From positions 256,001 to 320,000 of the forward strand of contig CAVPOC010000006.1 of the NCBI GenBank assembly GCA_963706955.1: DNA of 64,000 bases, given 5' to 3'. This DNA comes from an uncultured Verrucomicrobiae bacterium. Lineage in GTDB: Bacteria > Verrucomicrobiota > Verrucomicrobiia > Chthoniobacterales > Terrimicrobiaceae. Shown here in pieces: positions 51,918 to 61,733 of the stretch. Positions within the stretch are counted from its first letter, which is position 1; each line of letters starts with the position of its first letter. The notes beneath the pieces were generated by a model that worked only from the letters and a program-made list of their open reading frames with translations, did no database searches and was not told the origin of the DNA. The position numbers and the translations under genes were made by a program.

Positions 51918-52882
51918 TATCTGATACGTCGTTCACTCATCATTTGCAGCAAACGCTGATTAAATTCAACTGCGCTGTTTTGTCCCATGTTTTTTAGCTT
52001 CTGGTCAAGCGCGGCGACTTCGACCAATCGGCCTAGATCCCGGCCCTTTTTGACCGGAATTATAACATGAGGGATTCGAATGCCTAGTATCTCGTAAAAC
52101 TCACGATCGAGTCCAATCCGATCGACGTTTTCGAGTTCCTCCCAGTCCTTGAGGGTTAGAACGAAGTCGAGCCGCTTCTCGCTGCGCACGCTTCCGACTC
52201 CGAAAATCGAGCTGATGTTGATGACGCCGATACCTCGGACCTCCATGTGGAAACGAGTGATGTCTGCTGACATGCCGACCAACTCTCGACCCTCGATCGA
52301 GCGGATTTTGGTGATGTCATCGCTGACCAGACTATAGCCGCGCTCGATCAGCGAGAGCACGCATTCACTCTTGCCGATGCCGCTGGCGCCGCGAATCAGG
52401 GTGCCGATCCCCTGAATATCAACCATACTTCCATATTCCTGTGTGGAAGGAGCGAAATCAAACTCCAACGCGATCGTCGCAGCGTTGATGAATTTCATGG
52501 TGATCATATGAGTGCGAAAGACGGGAGTCTCGAACTCAGAAGCCATGTCGAGAAGCGGAGCCGGCGTCGGTGCGTTACGCGCGATCACCAAACACGGAAA
52601 GTTCCGCGAGAACAATTGCTTGAGCTTCTCTCTTTGAATCGGAGCAGGAAGACTTCGGAGGTAGCTAAGTTCCGCAGCACCAAGAACTTGTATACGCTTT
52701 CCTGCAAAATAGCTGTAAAATCCCGTTAGCGCCAGCCCCGGCCGATTGATGGTCGGTTCTCGAATCTTGCGGTTGAGCCCGCGGGAGGCGCCTTCGAGTC
52801 GCAAGCCCAGCGTCTCCGCGTGGTTCGCATAAAAGTGCCCGACAGTGATGTGCGGGACGCGATGGGCAGCGGCCTTGGACAT
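51917..52882 (-). CDS. hprK: HPr kinase/phosphorylase
   Basis: INRPGLAL.G, GASGIGKSE, LVSDD, MEVRGIG.I. Confidence 0.96.
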   Translation of the reverse strand: MSKAAAHRVPHITVGHFYANHAETLGLRLEGASRGLNRKIREPTINRPGLALTGFYSYFAGKRIQVLGAAELSYLRSLPAPIQREKLKQLFSRNFPCLVIARNAPTPAPLLDMASEFETPVFRTHMITMKFINAATIALEFDFAPSTQEYGSMVDIQGIGTLIRGASGIGKSECVLSLIERGYSLVSDDITKIRSIEGRELVGMSADITRFHMEVRGIGVINISSIFGVGSVRSEKRLDFVLTLKDWEELENVDRIGLDREFYEILGIRIPHVIIPVKKGRDLGRLVEVAALDQKLKNMGQNSAVEFNQRLLQMMSERRIR

Positions 52883-52887
52883 CGGCG

Positions 52888-53667
52888 TTACATCTGGAAA
52901 TTCTCGCCGAGGTAGAGTTTGCGACTGATGGGATCATTCAACAGGAAATCCTTCGTGCCCTGGCTTTCCACGCGGCCCTCGAAGATGAGATAGGCTCGAT
53001 CGACGATGTTGAGGGTCTCACGCACATTGTGATCGGTGATCAAGATAGCTAAGCCCTGCGTGCGCAGGTCTTGGATGATTTGCTGAACGTCATAAACGGC
53101 GATGGGATCCACGCCGCTGAACGGTTCGTCGAGCATGAGCAGGGAAGGTTCCGTGACCAGGGACCGCGCAATGGTCAGTCGGCGCTTCTCACCACCCGAC
53201 AGAGTCAGCGCCATGTTTTTCGCCAGGTGTTCGATGCCGAACTGGGTCAACAGCTCGTCACAGCGTTGCCTGCGGGCCTGCCTGCTGAGCCTTGTCGTTT
53301 CCAGGATCGCCATGATGTTTTCCTGAACGGTGAGCTTTCGGAAGATTGACTCTTCTTGCGGCAGGTAACCCATGCCCTCGCGAGCACGCCGATACATGGC
53401 CATCCCGGTGACGTCACGATCTTCGAAGATAACACGGCCGGCGTTTGGTCGGACGAGCCCAACGATCATGTAGAAAGTTGTTGTCTTACCGGCTCCGTTG
53501 GGACCAAGCAACCCGACGACTTCGCCGCGTTTTACATTGATGTCGACGCCGTTTACCACGGTGCGGCCGCCGTAGATCTTGACGAGTTTGTCTGTGGTGA
53601 GAAGGGGCTTGTGGTCCTGCTGAGGGGTGACGGGGAGTAGTGACGGTGAGGGCGCGATACTCATCAT
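52888..53667 (-). CDS. lptB: LPS export ABC ATP-binding protein
   Basis: GLLGPNGAGKTTTFYMIVGL, YLPQE.SIFRKL, DEPFSGVDPIAV, ITDHNVRETL, YLGENF. Confidence 0.96.
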   Translation of the reverse strand: MMSIAPSPSLLPVTPQQDHKPLLTTDKLVKIYGGRTVVNGVDINVKRGEVVGLLGPNGAGKTTTFYMIVGLVRPNAGRVIFEDRDVTGMAMYRRAREGMGYLPQEESIFRKLTVQENIMAILETTRLSRQARRQRCDELLTQFGIEHLAKNMALTLSGGEKRRLTIARSLVTEPSLLMLDEPFSGVDPIAVYDVQQIIQDLRTQGLAILITDHNVRETLNIVDRAYLIFEGRVESQGTKDFLLNDPISRKLYLGENFQM

Positions 53668-53673
53668 CAGAGG

Positions 53674-54267
53674 TTATTGCGGATTATTATCGACGATCAC
53701 GGTTCGGCTGCCGCCTTTTGTGGTCATTTTGCCGCCGCGGTTGAGAATCATCACCGTGCCCTCCTCCGTGGCTACCTGCATGTTGATGTCGTGCTGGACC
53801 GATGGCCAGGTGGTCAGAGTTATGTCCCCGGAAACCGGCTCATAGACGCATTTGCCCGAACGACCGGTTGCCTTGACCTTTTTGCCCGCCTCGTCCGTGT
53901 TTTCCTGCACAATGATGACATTGCCGAAGGCTTCGACGAGCTGCAGGCCCTTCCGGTCCTTGCTCATAGTTACCCGCAGTTTGTCACAGAAAAGGGTAAA
54001 TTGAGGATCCTTAACGACAACACTGCCTTCAAACTCCGCAACACTCGAAACATTGTCGAATGTCGCTTGCTTCTTGGAAGTGATCTCGGTCTTGGCGTCC
54101 TTCGGCCGATCCTTGGTGAGCCCCTTCACCCCGAAGGGGTCTTTTTTTTCGGACGAACCTCCACTCAGCTCGGGACTCATGGTCGGTTTCTCGGTTGGAG
54201 GAGCTGACCATCCAGGAACGGCAAGCAGAGCGATACAAAAGAGGATAAAGAAAAAGAGGCGCTTCAT
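53674..54267 (-). CDS. lptA: LptA/OstA-like periplasmic LPS transport protein
   Basis: Signal peptide; F.GSVVV.DPQF.L.CD.L; A.GNVII.Q; directly upstream of lptB. Confidence 0.8.
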   Translation of the reverse strand: MKRLFFFILFCIALLAVPGWSAPPTEKPTMSPELSGGSSEKKDPFGVKGLTKDRPKDAKTEITSKKQATFDNVSSVAEFEGSVVVKDPQFTLFCDKLRVTMSKDRKGLQLVEAFGNVIIVQENTDEAGKKVKATGRSGKCVYEPVSGDITLTTWPSVQHDINMQVATEEGTVMILNRGGKMTTKGGSRTVIVDNNPQ

Positions 54268-54920
54268 GGTGTATTGAAATTCTCAGTGCTCAAGATGGTC
54301 ATCTTTACATTGCCGAGAATTTTCGCAAAACGGTTCTTGGTGTAGAATTCTCCTGCGTCGCCGACGAGCTCAAAATCCTCCCTGCGAATCAGGACGCGGC
54401 TCTCGCTGGTTAGAATGCGAGTAGTTAAGTTAAAAATCGACCGTGGCAGTTCAACATAAATCTTCTTGTCGTCGTCGGAATAGGCGTCGATCTTCAAATT
54501 TTCGAACTCGATGCGCTCCGCGTCCAACTTTCGCGCCTGCTCGGCATCGAGCATCATCAAGAGTTTTCCTTCGGGAGAGTAGGAGGGCACCTTGATGCCC
54601 TTGACGGGAACGCCGTCCGGAACCGGAATGTCGATCTCCTGTTCGCTTTCCTCGCGCGCTGGTTCAGGCTTTTCCTTGGTTGCCTTGGACGCCTTCTCCT
54701 TTGTCGCGTTGGTCTCCTTTGTCGCGTTGGTCTCTTTGGTCGCGTTGGACTCTTTGGTCGCGTTGGATCTCCTTGGTCGCCTTGGTCTCCTTCGGCTTCT
54801 TCGATGGTTTCTCCGCGCTGGCAGTTTTCGAGGAGGGAGCGGGAGTGCCTTGTTGCGCGGCGAGCGAGCCGAAGGCCAAAGCGCAGGCGAGCGTCAGGCT
54901 AAGGGAGAACTTCGCTACGG
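54264..54920 (-). CDS. lptC: LptC-like protein with low-complexity N-terminal linker; +1 frameshift at ~54768, start uncertain
   Basis: Signal/TM SLTLACALAFGSLAAQ, repeat linker, then PVKGIKVPSYS..GKL...ILGNVKM jellyroll; lies between kdsA and lptA. Confidence 0.7.
54696..54786. repeat. 18-bp tandem repeat x5 encoding (T/S)NATKE, one extra base at 54768
   Basis: Units CTCCTTTGTCGCGTTGGT x2, CTCTTTGGTCGCGTTGGA x2, CTCCTTGGTCGCCTTGGT. Confidence 0.9.
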
Positions 54921-55720
54921 ATGCGGGTGAGCAAATTGAGCAAACTCGGGAGCGTGCGAAGCGGTATCTGATTTGGGCCATCGGAAAGGGCTTTTGCGGG
55001 TTTCTCATGTGTCTCGATAAAAACTCCGTCGCAACCTGCGGCGACGGCGGCGCGAGCCAGGATCGGCGCCAATTCGCCGTCGCCAGCGGTGCGATCACCT
55101 GCTCCGCCAGGACGTTGCACCGAGTGCGTCGCGTCGAAGACTACCTGATAATTTAGTTGTTGCATCCAGTAAATGGAACGCATATCCGCCACAAGGTTAT
55201 TGTAGCCGAAAGTGGCGCCGCGTTCGGTGAAAAAGAACGCACGGCAACCGGCACTTTGCAATTTTGCGGCGATGTTTTTCACATCCCATGGTGCTAAAAA
55301 CTGGCCCTTCTTGACGTTGACGACGCGGCCGCTGGCGCCGGCGGCGAGAACAAGATCGGTCTGTCGGCAGAGAAAGGCGGGCACTTGGATGAGATCGATG
55401 TACTCTGTGGCCACCTCGACCTCATCGGGGGAATGGACATCCGTCGTCACGGGGGCACCGATTTCGCTCCCAATTTCCGCGAGCAGTTTGCAGCCGTCAC
55501 GGACATTTGTTCCCCGGAAGGAATTGACCGAAGTGCGATTTGCCTTGTCGTAGGACGCTTTGAAAACCAATTGCGCACCGAGGTCGTCGCAAATGGTTTT
55601 GATCTTGCGCGCGATCCTCCTGGTGAAGGCTGCACTCTCGATGACGCAGGGCCCCAGAATAAACAGGAGCTTCTTCCCACCGAGAGTATGGCGACCGATG
55701 GTGACGATTGGGCGCGGCAT
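54899..55720 (-). CDS. kdsA: KDO 8-phosphate synthase
   Basis: GPCVIES, KASYDKANRTS, PAFLCRQTD, KKGQFLAP, FDATHSVQ.PG, SDGPN. Confidence 0.97.
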   Translation of the reverse strand: MPRPIVTIGRHTLGGKKLLFILGPCVIESAAFTRRIARKIKTICDDLGAQLVFKASYDKANRTSVNSFRGTNVRDGCKLLAEIGSEIGAPVTTDVHSPDEVEVATEYIDLIQVPAFLCRQTDLVLAAGASGRVVNVKKGQFLAPWDVKNIAAKLQSAGCRAFFFTERGATFGYNNLVADMRSIYWMQQLNYQVVFDATHSVQRPGGAGDRTAGDGELAPILARAAVAAGCDGVFIETHEKPAKALSDGPNQIPLRTLPSLLNLLTRIRSEVLP

Positions 55721-55916
55721 TGCGGCAGCCTAGATATTACCAGCCTTCTCGCAAGACTTTGCAGCGGCCTTCGTCGCCGGGAAGAGCGTCGGGCGGCTTT
55801 TTCTATACGAGGGCCATCCGGTTTTTCTTGCTTGAAACGCCGGCTCAAGATCCATTGCGCCGGATGAGCCCGATCCCGTCCGATAATTGGCTAGGCCACT
55901 TGATTACTTTTCTGTC

Positions 55917-56801
55917 ATGAACCCCATATTCAGAGGCGCCCTTCCCATAGCTCTCGTCGTCATATTGCTTGTCGCCGCCTTTAGTGGGCTCGGCGTCGTC
56001 ATCGAGGCAGGACACGTCGGAATTCTCAGGACGCTCGGTGCCGTCAAGCCTCAGCCGCTCCGGGAAGGATTTCACCTTAAGAAACCGTTTATAGACCAGG
56101 TTGAGCAGATGGATATCCGCCTCACCGCAAGTCATGCGCAAGCGACCGCAGCGTCCAAGGATCTGCAGACGGTGAGCACGCAAGTGACGACACAATATTC
56201 GATGAATGGCGACATGGCCCCGCTCACCTATCAGCGTATCGGCAACCTCGGCAAAGTCTCTGCCACCTTGGTCGAACCAGCCATTCAGGAGTGCGTGAAA
56301 TCGGTGACGGCGAAATTTACGGCGGAGGAGCTGGTGACGAAACGCGAGGTAGTCAAGCTCCAGATCCAGCAGAGTTTGATCGCCTACATCAACAATACCC
56401 TCAAGGAAAAGGGCGTCGAGAACGCCATCAGTATCGCAAACCTGGCGATCACCGATTTCAATTTCTCTCCGGAATTCAATCGAGCCATTGAGTCCAAAGT
56501 TCAGGCCGAACAACAGGCGTTGCAGGCCAAGAACGAGAAGATCAAGCGCGTCACCCAAGCGGAAGCGGCCGCTGCCGAACGTCAGCTATCGGCAGACGCT
56601 GAGGCCTACTCGACAGAGGTCCAATCAAAAGCCCGAGCCGAAGCTATTCGCCGGGAAGCTGAGGCGCTCAGGCAAAGCCCGGAACTAATTAACCTACGGG
56701 CAGTGGAAAGGTGGGACGGTGTGCTGCCTCGAGTAAGCGGCAGCTCCACGGTCCCGTTCCTAAACCTTGGCGCCGAGCTCGAGCAACAACCCCCTCGCTA
56801 G
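55917..56801 (+). CDS. Prohibitin/SPFH (band 7) family protein
   Basis: TM, EGFHLK.PFI, ASKDLQ.V, FSPEFNRAIE.K, WDGVLP. Confidence 0.92.
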   Translation: MNPIFRGALPIALVVILLVAAFSGLGVVIEAGHVGILRTLGAVKPQPLREGFHLKKPFIDQVEQMDIRLTASHAQATAASKDLQTVSTQVTTQYSMNGDMAPLTYQRIGNLGKVSATLVEPAIQECVKSVTAKFTAEELVTKREVVKLQIQQSLIAYINNTLKEKGVENAISIANLAITDFNFSPEFNRAIESKVQAEQQALQAKNEKIKRVTQAEAAAAERQLSADAEAYSTEVQSKARAEAIRREAEALRQSPELINLRAVERWDGVLPRVSGSSTVPFLNLGAELEQQPPR

Positions 56802-56821
56802 TCACCGAATTGCCGGAACCA

Positions 56822-57154
56822 TCAGATTCCGTGTACGGCAAGCCAAATCGTCAAGGGCTGTCGGGAGGTGGCTTCGACTCTGTGCTTGCGGTGAGCTTCG
56901 ATCATTAACCAATCCCCAGCGGAGAGATGAATCGTTTCGTTAGGATCGAGAAGCGCGACTTCAGCCCGTCCTTGCACCACCACGACCCATTCCTCCTTGG
57001 GTTGGTCAAACCAAAAACCGGTGGGCGAGACCTGTCCGGCAGAAGTGATGCGTTCGATGCGAAATGATTTCGATCGGCACAATTCCTCCGCGCGCTCCTC
57101 TTTCATGGCATCCGGCAGGTTGCGGAAGAGAGAACCCTTAGCAGAATCGTTCAT
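56822..57154 (-). CDS. Cupin domain protein
   Basis: RIERI.S.G..SP.GFWFDQ..EEWV, H.KHRVE.T, TIWLAVH. Confidence 0.88.
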   Translation of the reverse strand: MNDSAKGSLFRNLPDAMKEERAEELCRSKSFRIERITSAGQVSPTGFWFDQPKEEWVVVVQGRAEVALLDPNETIHLSAGDWLMIEAHRKHRVEATSRQPLTIWLAVHGI

Positions 57155-58092
57155 TAGACCGGTTTTCTGAAAACGCGTAAGACGCCTTTTCTACATTCCA
57201 TGTCTACAGGCCAGATGTCCTCGACAGCCGTGCCGTCGAGATGCACCGGCAGTTTGGTTGGGCCGGCCAATCGGAGGCTCGCGACGCGGAAGGCGATCGA
57301 TTTCGGACGGTATTCACGGCGGCCAAAGGCGATCGAGGCGAAGTGCCACCAGAGCTGGAGCTTGCTGTAGCGGCTGAACACCGATACGGTCAAAAACCCG
57401 TCGTCCATTCGTTCGTGCGGCGCGACCGCGAAGTTCATCCCGAAGAACGGGCCGTTGGACACCGTGATCATCAAGGCTGAGAGGAGAATGCTTGATGTGC
57501 GATTGCGGGCCAGTGCCTGAAAGAGATGGCGGCTTTCGTTGTTGGCCACGTGCACCAGCGCATCGCAAATTGGCCGATCGAGCGTCAGAGAAAAAATCGG
57601 ACGCCGAAACCAGTAGACGAGCCGCAGGAGTTCGAGTATCCGGCTCAACTGTCCGGATTTGATCTCCTCGCTAATGGGGTACAACGCTGCGTCCAGACCC
57701 GAGCCGAGACATTCAAAGAACGGACGTCCATTGGCAAAGCCAACATCCACGGCTCTCACGTTGCCAGCGACGACAACTTTACAAGCTTCGATCGGATCCA
57801 AAGGCAGATCGAGGCTGCGGGCAAAGTTGTTGAACGTTCCGGCAGGAATGATGCCGAGCGGGATTTGTGTGCCGACTACTTCCGCGGCGACGTTCTCAAT
57901 GGTGCCGTCCCCACCGGCGACGCCGATCCAATCGCACTGATTATCTTTGGCGTCCCGCAGGATGGTGCTGGTGCTGCCAATTTCCTCGATGTCACGCGCG
58001 ACAACATCTCCCAACGCCGCAACGATCTTGGGAAGGAGTGCAGGGTCGAACGACCCCGCTTTTCGGCTGTAGACGAGGAAACCGCGAGACAT
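57154..58092 (-). CDS. Diacylglycerol/lipid kinase family protein (YegS-like)
   Basis: AGGDGTI, IPAGTFNNFARSL, NGPFFG, HLDG. Confidence 0.9.
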   Translation of the reverse strand: MSRGFLVYSRKAGSFDPALLPKIVAALGDVVARDIEEIGSTSTILRDAKDNQCDWIGVAGGDGTIENVAAEVVGTQIPLGIIPAGTFNNFARSLDLPLDPIEACKVVVAGNVRAVDVGFANGRPFFECLGSGLDAALYPISEEIKSGQLSRILELLRLVYWFRRPIFSLTLDRPICDALVHVANNESRHLFQALARNRTSSILLSALMITVSNGPFFGMNFAVAPHERMDDGFLTVSVFSRYSKLQLWWHFASIAFGRREYRPKSIAFRVASLRLAGPTKLPVHLDGTAVEDIWPVDMECRKGVLRVFRKPV

Positions 58093-58207
58093 TCATGAGC
58101 ACTTCGCCAGTTCAAGACAAACGTCAATGGTCTTTCACGGAATTCCCCTGAAATCGGGATTGTGATCGCTGCGCTCCCGGCAGACGACGCACGGCGAGGC
58201 AGCGGCC

Positions 58208-58450
58208 TTGGCGCCTTTTTCGAAAGATGCCGCTCGAAAGGCCGGTCAAACCGGCGTCGTGATGCTGCGTCTCGATAAACAAAAAGGGGCGGGTAAGTGC
58301 CGTCAGCTCGTGAAGTCCTCCGGCCACGCGTTACTAGAAAACCGAGCGCGCGGGGCGGGTGCAGCGTTGGATTTTCGCCCAGCACGACGCGACGGCAGGA
58401 AAGTCGCCACACAGGTGGAGGTCCCCGTGCGTTTCAGCCTCGATCGCTGA
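58208..58450 (+). pseudogene. TonB C-terminal domain fragment (degenerate, no anchor)
   Basis: ARKAGQTGVVML...VKSSGHALLE...FRPARRDGRKV..QVEVPVRFSL; YP and LD consensus residues lost. Confidence 0.6.
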
Positions 58451-58459
58451 ACCCATGCC

Positions 58460-59305
58460 CTAGGCGCTAATGGGAGTACCCGGAATGCGCGGGGCGACCT
58501 GCCGCCTGACCCATTCGCCGGCCACGTCCAGCAGTGTCACCAACGCAAGAATGAAAAGGAGCACAGTGGCGAAGCGATCCCATTGGTAATATTCCTGATA
58601 AACATGGAGCAGGACTCCCACGCCGCCGGCACCCACATACCCGACGATTGAGGCGGACCGAATGTTGTACTCCAGCATCCAAAGGGAATAGCTCCAAATC
58701 AACGGACGCGTATTCGGCCAGAGACCATGTTGAAAAGCTTGGATTCGCCCCGCACCGATGGCCCTCAAGCCGCGAGCGACTTCGAGGTCGACCGATTCGA
58801 AAGCGTCGCCGAAGAACTTTCCCAGGTAGCCGAGGCTATAGAAGCTGAGACCAAGCACCCCGGCCAGTGGATACGGACCAACCACGGCCACCGCGATCAG
58901 CGCCCAAATCAAACCCGGAATGGTGCGGATGCAATTCATGATCATCCGCGAGATCACTACCAGCCAGCGCGGTGAAAGAGTTTGCGCCCCGGCGACAGCC
59001 AGCGGAAAAGCCAGCAAGATGGAAAAGAAGGTCGCCAAGACGGCAATCTGGATCGTTTCAATCAGCGCTTCGAGGATCTGACCCGACACGGAAAGGTCTG
59101 GGGGAAAGAAACGCTTTAGAAAGCGGACGAGATTCCCCGCATGATCCAAGTCGCGCCCCGACCCTCGCATCGCCGGAAGCGAAAACGCTATCGCCAGCAG
59201 AAAAATAATCAGCGAAACAGACGTGATGTTGAGCCGGTGATGCCAGGGAAGGTCAGGGGACCTTGCAGGAGCGGCACTGCGGGCCTTACTGTCGGGCGGC
59301 GGCAT
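58460..59305 (-). CDS. phnE: Phosphonate/phosphite-type ABC permease
   Basis: FFPPD, ETIQIA, RTIP.LIWAL, EYNIRSASIVGYVGAGGVG. Confidence 0.9.
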   Translation of the reverse strand: MPPPDSKARSAAPARSPDLPWHHRLNITSVSLIIFLLAIAFSLPAMRGSGRDLDHAGNLVRFLKRFFPPDLSVSGQILEALIETIQIAVLATFFSILLAFPLAVAGAQTLSPRWLVVISRMIMNCIRTIPGLIWALIAVAVVGPYPLAGVLGLSFYSLGYLGKFFGDAFESVDLEVARGLRAIGAGRIQAFQHGLWPNTRPLIWSYSLWMLEYNIRSASIVGYVGAGGVGVLLHVYQEYYQWDRFATVLLFILALVTLLDVAGEWVRRQVAPRIPGTPISA

Positions 59306-60020
59306 TGTCCCGGCCAGCTCTTGCCGCCCGAAATGTCCATTCTTGCGGCTGAGCCGGATTTAAAGTGAGTACGAGATCCGCGAATCGCTCGACGAGCTCC
59401 GGGTCGTGGAGCACACAGACTACCGTGCGAGATTCTTGACGTGTTTGCGCCTGAAGGATCTGGAGGACCCGGAATGTGAGGTCTGGATCAAGGTTTGAAA
59501 CCGGCTCGTCGGCAAGGAACATCTCCGGCTCTTGAAAAAGCGCACGGGCAAGTGCAGCCCTTTGCTGCTCACCGCCGGAAACTTCGAATGCACGGCGATG
59601 CACGTCCGCACCAAGATCGAGGGTGCTGAGAGTTGCAAAGGCTTCGGCCTGATCGGTGCGCGGGAAGCCGGCGAGCGTGCGCCACCAGGGATATCTGCCC
59701 AGCCGGCCGCACAGCACATTATGAAGAAGCGTTCCATTGCCAATGAGGAGAAAATCTTGGAATACGATCCCCAGGCGCTTACGAAAGGCGCGTGGCGAGT
59801 GATGGCAACCGTGTGCACAGCGGAAGACGACTTGGCCCTCCGAAGGTTCGAGCGTTCCAGCGAGGCATCCCAGAAGACTGGTTTTTCCTGCGCCGGATGG
59901 ACCAACAATGGCGATGAATTTTCCGCGCGGCACCTCGATATCAATCCCGCGAAACAACCATCGCCCGCGCCTCTCCAAACCCAACCCCCGAAGGGTCACC
60001 TGTTCCGAAGGCAACATCAC
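59286..60020 (-). CDS. phnC: Phosphonate/phosphite-type ABC ATP-binding protein
   Basis: GPSGAGKT, NVLCGRLG, SGGEQQR, ADEPVSNLDP, VLH. Confidence 0.88.
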   Translation of the reverse strand: MMLPSEQVTLRGLGLERRGRWLFRGIDIEVPRGKFIAIVGPSGAGKTSLLGCLAGTLEPSEGQVVFRCAHGCHHSPRAFRKRLGIVFQDFLLIGNGTLLHNVLCGRLGRYPWWRTLAGFPRTDQAEAFATLSTLDLGADVHRRAFEVSGGEQQRAALARALFQEPEMFLADEPVSNLDPDLTFRVLQILQAQTRQESRTVVCVLHDPELVERFADLVLTLNPAQPQEWTFRAARAGRDNAAARQ

Positions 60021-60907
60021 TCGCTGCCGCGTTTGGCGAGCGCGACAGATTCTTTCAGCGAGCCAAGGTGTGTGGCGGAGTCCACCTCCACCAAGCGAGA
60101 AGTGAAGACCCGATCGCGAAGTTCCGGGTTTTCGTAGTCCATGGCAAGTAGCGCGGCACGCAGAGCCGTGCGGTCCGCATCCGAAATCGATGAGCGAACG
60201 GCGATGACATGGGTAGGCACAGGGCCTTGTTCCGTGAGTCGACGCAGCTTTTGGCGCTGCGCAGGGGTGAGATGCTTGTCCTTGTCCAGAACATAATAGC
60301 TGACTGCGGCCGCCTCGGCATCACCGTTGAGCACGCGTTCCACCGCAGAGACATACCCGGAACCAAACCAGACATTTCCTTCGCCGAAGAATTCTTCCGC
60401 TTTACCCGAATCCGAAATCAAATTCTTCTGACGCAGGTCCCACAGCGGGATGACGTAGCCCGAGGTGCTCGTCTTGCCCGAGAATGCAATCGACTTGCCT
60501 CTCAGATCTTCGATGGAACGGTACGGCTTTTCCTTCAGAGTCACCCAGTAGCTCTTATAGGAAGTCTTGCCGTCGATCTCGCCTGCGAGCAGCAAAGTCG
60601 CCGTTTGCTCGTTCAGCGCGTTGAGCATATCCGTAGCGGCCAGATAGGCTAGATCAATAGTCCCATTACCCAACCCTTCCAGGATGACCGCAGACGAAAG
60701 CGGGACGATGACTTCGACCGGCTTGCCCAATTGCTTGGAAAGGTACTTCGACAGTTGGGCGCGCTCGGCGATTATTGCTTCGGGATCCTTGTCAGGTTTC
60801 AGGGCGACAACGATCTTCGAAAGTGTGATCGGGGCGCCCACTGATATCTGAGCCACCGTCCCCAACAGCGCCAAGACTGCCATTGTTAACTTCGTGGAGG
60901 GTTTCAT
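60017..60907 (-). CDS. phnD: PhnD/PtxB-family substrate-binding protein
   Basis: Signal peptide, YKS, DLRGK.IAF...TSTSGY..P, GPVPTH. Confidence 0.85.
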   Translation of the reverse strand: MKPSTKLTMAVLALLGTVAQISVGAPITLSKIVVALKPDKDPEAIIAERAQLSKYLSKQLGKPVEVIVPLSSAVILEGLGNGTIDLAYLAATDMLNALNEQTATLLLAGEIDGKTSYKSYWVTLKEKPYRSIEDLRGKSIAFSGKTSTSGYVIPLWDLRQKNLISDSGKAEEFFGEGNVWFGSGYVSAVERVLNGDAEAAAVSYYVLDKDKHLTPAQRQKLRRLTEQGPVPTHVIAVRSSISDADRTALRAALLAMDYENPELRDRVFTSRLVEVDSATHLGSLKESVALAKRGSE

Positions 60908-60928
60908 ATGCCTTCAGCGTATTCCTAC

Positions 60929-60943
60929 TGAGACCCAATCTCA
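60929..60943. promoter_or_regulatory. Fur-box-like palindrome TGAGA-CCCAA-TCTCA upstream of phnD
   Basis: 15-bp inverted repeat 21 bp before the phnD ATG, immediately after a TTGAAA -35-like hexamer on the minus strand. Confidence 0.5.
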
Positions 60944-61038
60944 TTTCAAGTCCGCTTTTTTGATTCGGTCAGCAGAGCTAGGCGCCGTCTCGAGAGGAAT
61001 GCAGCGAAGACCTGGTCAACCTCGCGACGATGTATCGG

Positions 61039-61500
61039 GACCGCGCCGAATTCACCGATGTTATGTGCGAAACTCAGCGCAATCCCGCGCCCACACTCGC
61101 CCCGCGATGGGAAGCGGTAAATACCCCGAACACCCGCAGGAAGTTGGCTCCGGAAATACGCTCAACCTCAATTGAGGTATGTGCAACCGCCTTGAGAGCG
61201 GCTTGAAAAGGTCGCATGGCGAATGGGAGACTGTAGATGATTGAACGCACCAGGAGTCCGCTTAAACTGAAGACCAGAGTATGGCCCGTTGGCGCGATGT
61301 GCCCAACGGGTTTGTGACCGAAAAGGCGTGATCCGGAACTTCGATCCAGCGAGCTTTGGAACTAAGGCTAAGAGAAGGACAATGGATCAGGCGACAATTT
61401 CGGCGTCAGCATTGCCGGTCTCCACGAAGTGTGCCACTTGGCGCGGACCGTCTGCCCGCAAATTGTCGTCATCGCCAGCAGAATGATCAAAAAACGGCCG
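61039..61500 (-). pseudogene. modB: Decayed molybdate ABC permease
   Basis: Manual translation: NPLG..TGHTLVFSLSGLLVRSIIYSLPFAMRPFQAALKAV...SGANFLRVF, then (shifted) GIALSFAHNIGEFGAV; confident part 61039-61312. Confidence 0.75.
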
Positions 61501-61733
61501 AGGCCGCGCTCCTTATATCTGGAGATATGTGACACAGCCAGAACTCTCGAACGTGCGGCGCAAAGCTCTCGAAGCTTTCTGAAGACCTGCAGGCTAATCT
61601 CTCGCTGGTGCTCGCATCGAATACCAACTTGAATACAAGTAGAGTGGGGGGACTCGATGCGAACCGGGAACGGCGAACTCCCCAAGTTGCGAACAATCTT
61701 TCTTCTGGGGTTCTCATTAGCTAGTGGTTGCGA

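Noticed and set aside
49759..55720. lpt-PTS cluster lacking rpoN/hpf/ptsN
   Set aside because: An ordinary lineage-level variant of a housekeeping neighbourhood
61165..61178. Perfect palindrome ACCTCAATTGAGGT as MerR/SoxR operator
   Set aside because: Lies inside the modB relic with no flanking promoter or regulator; likely chance
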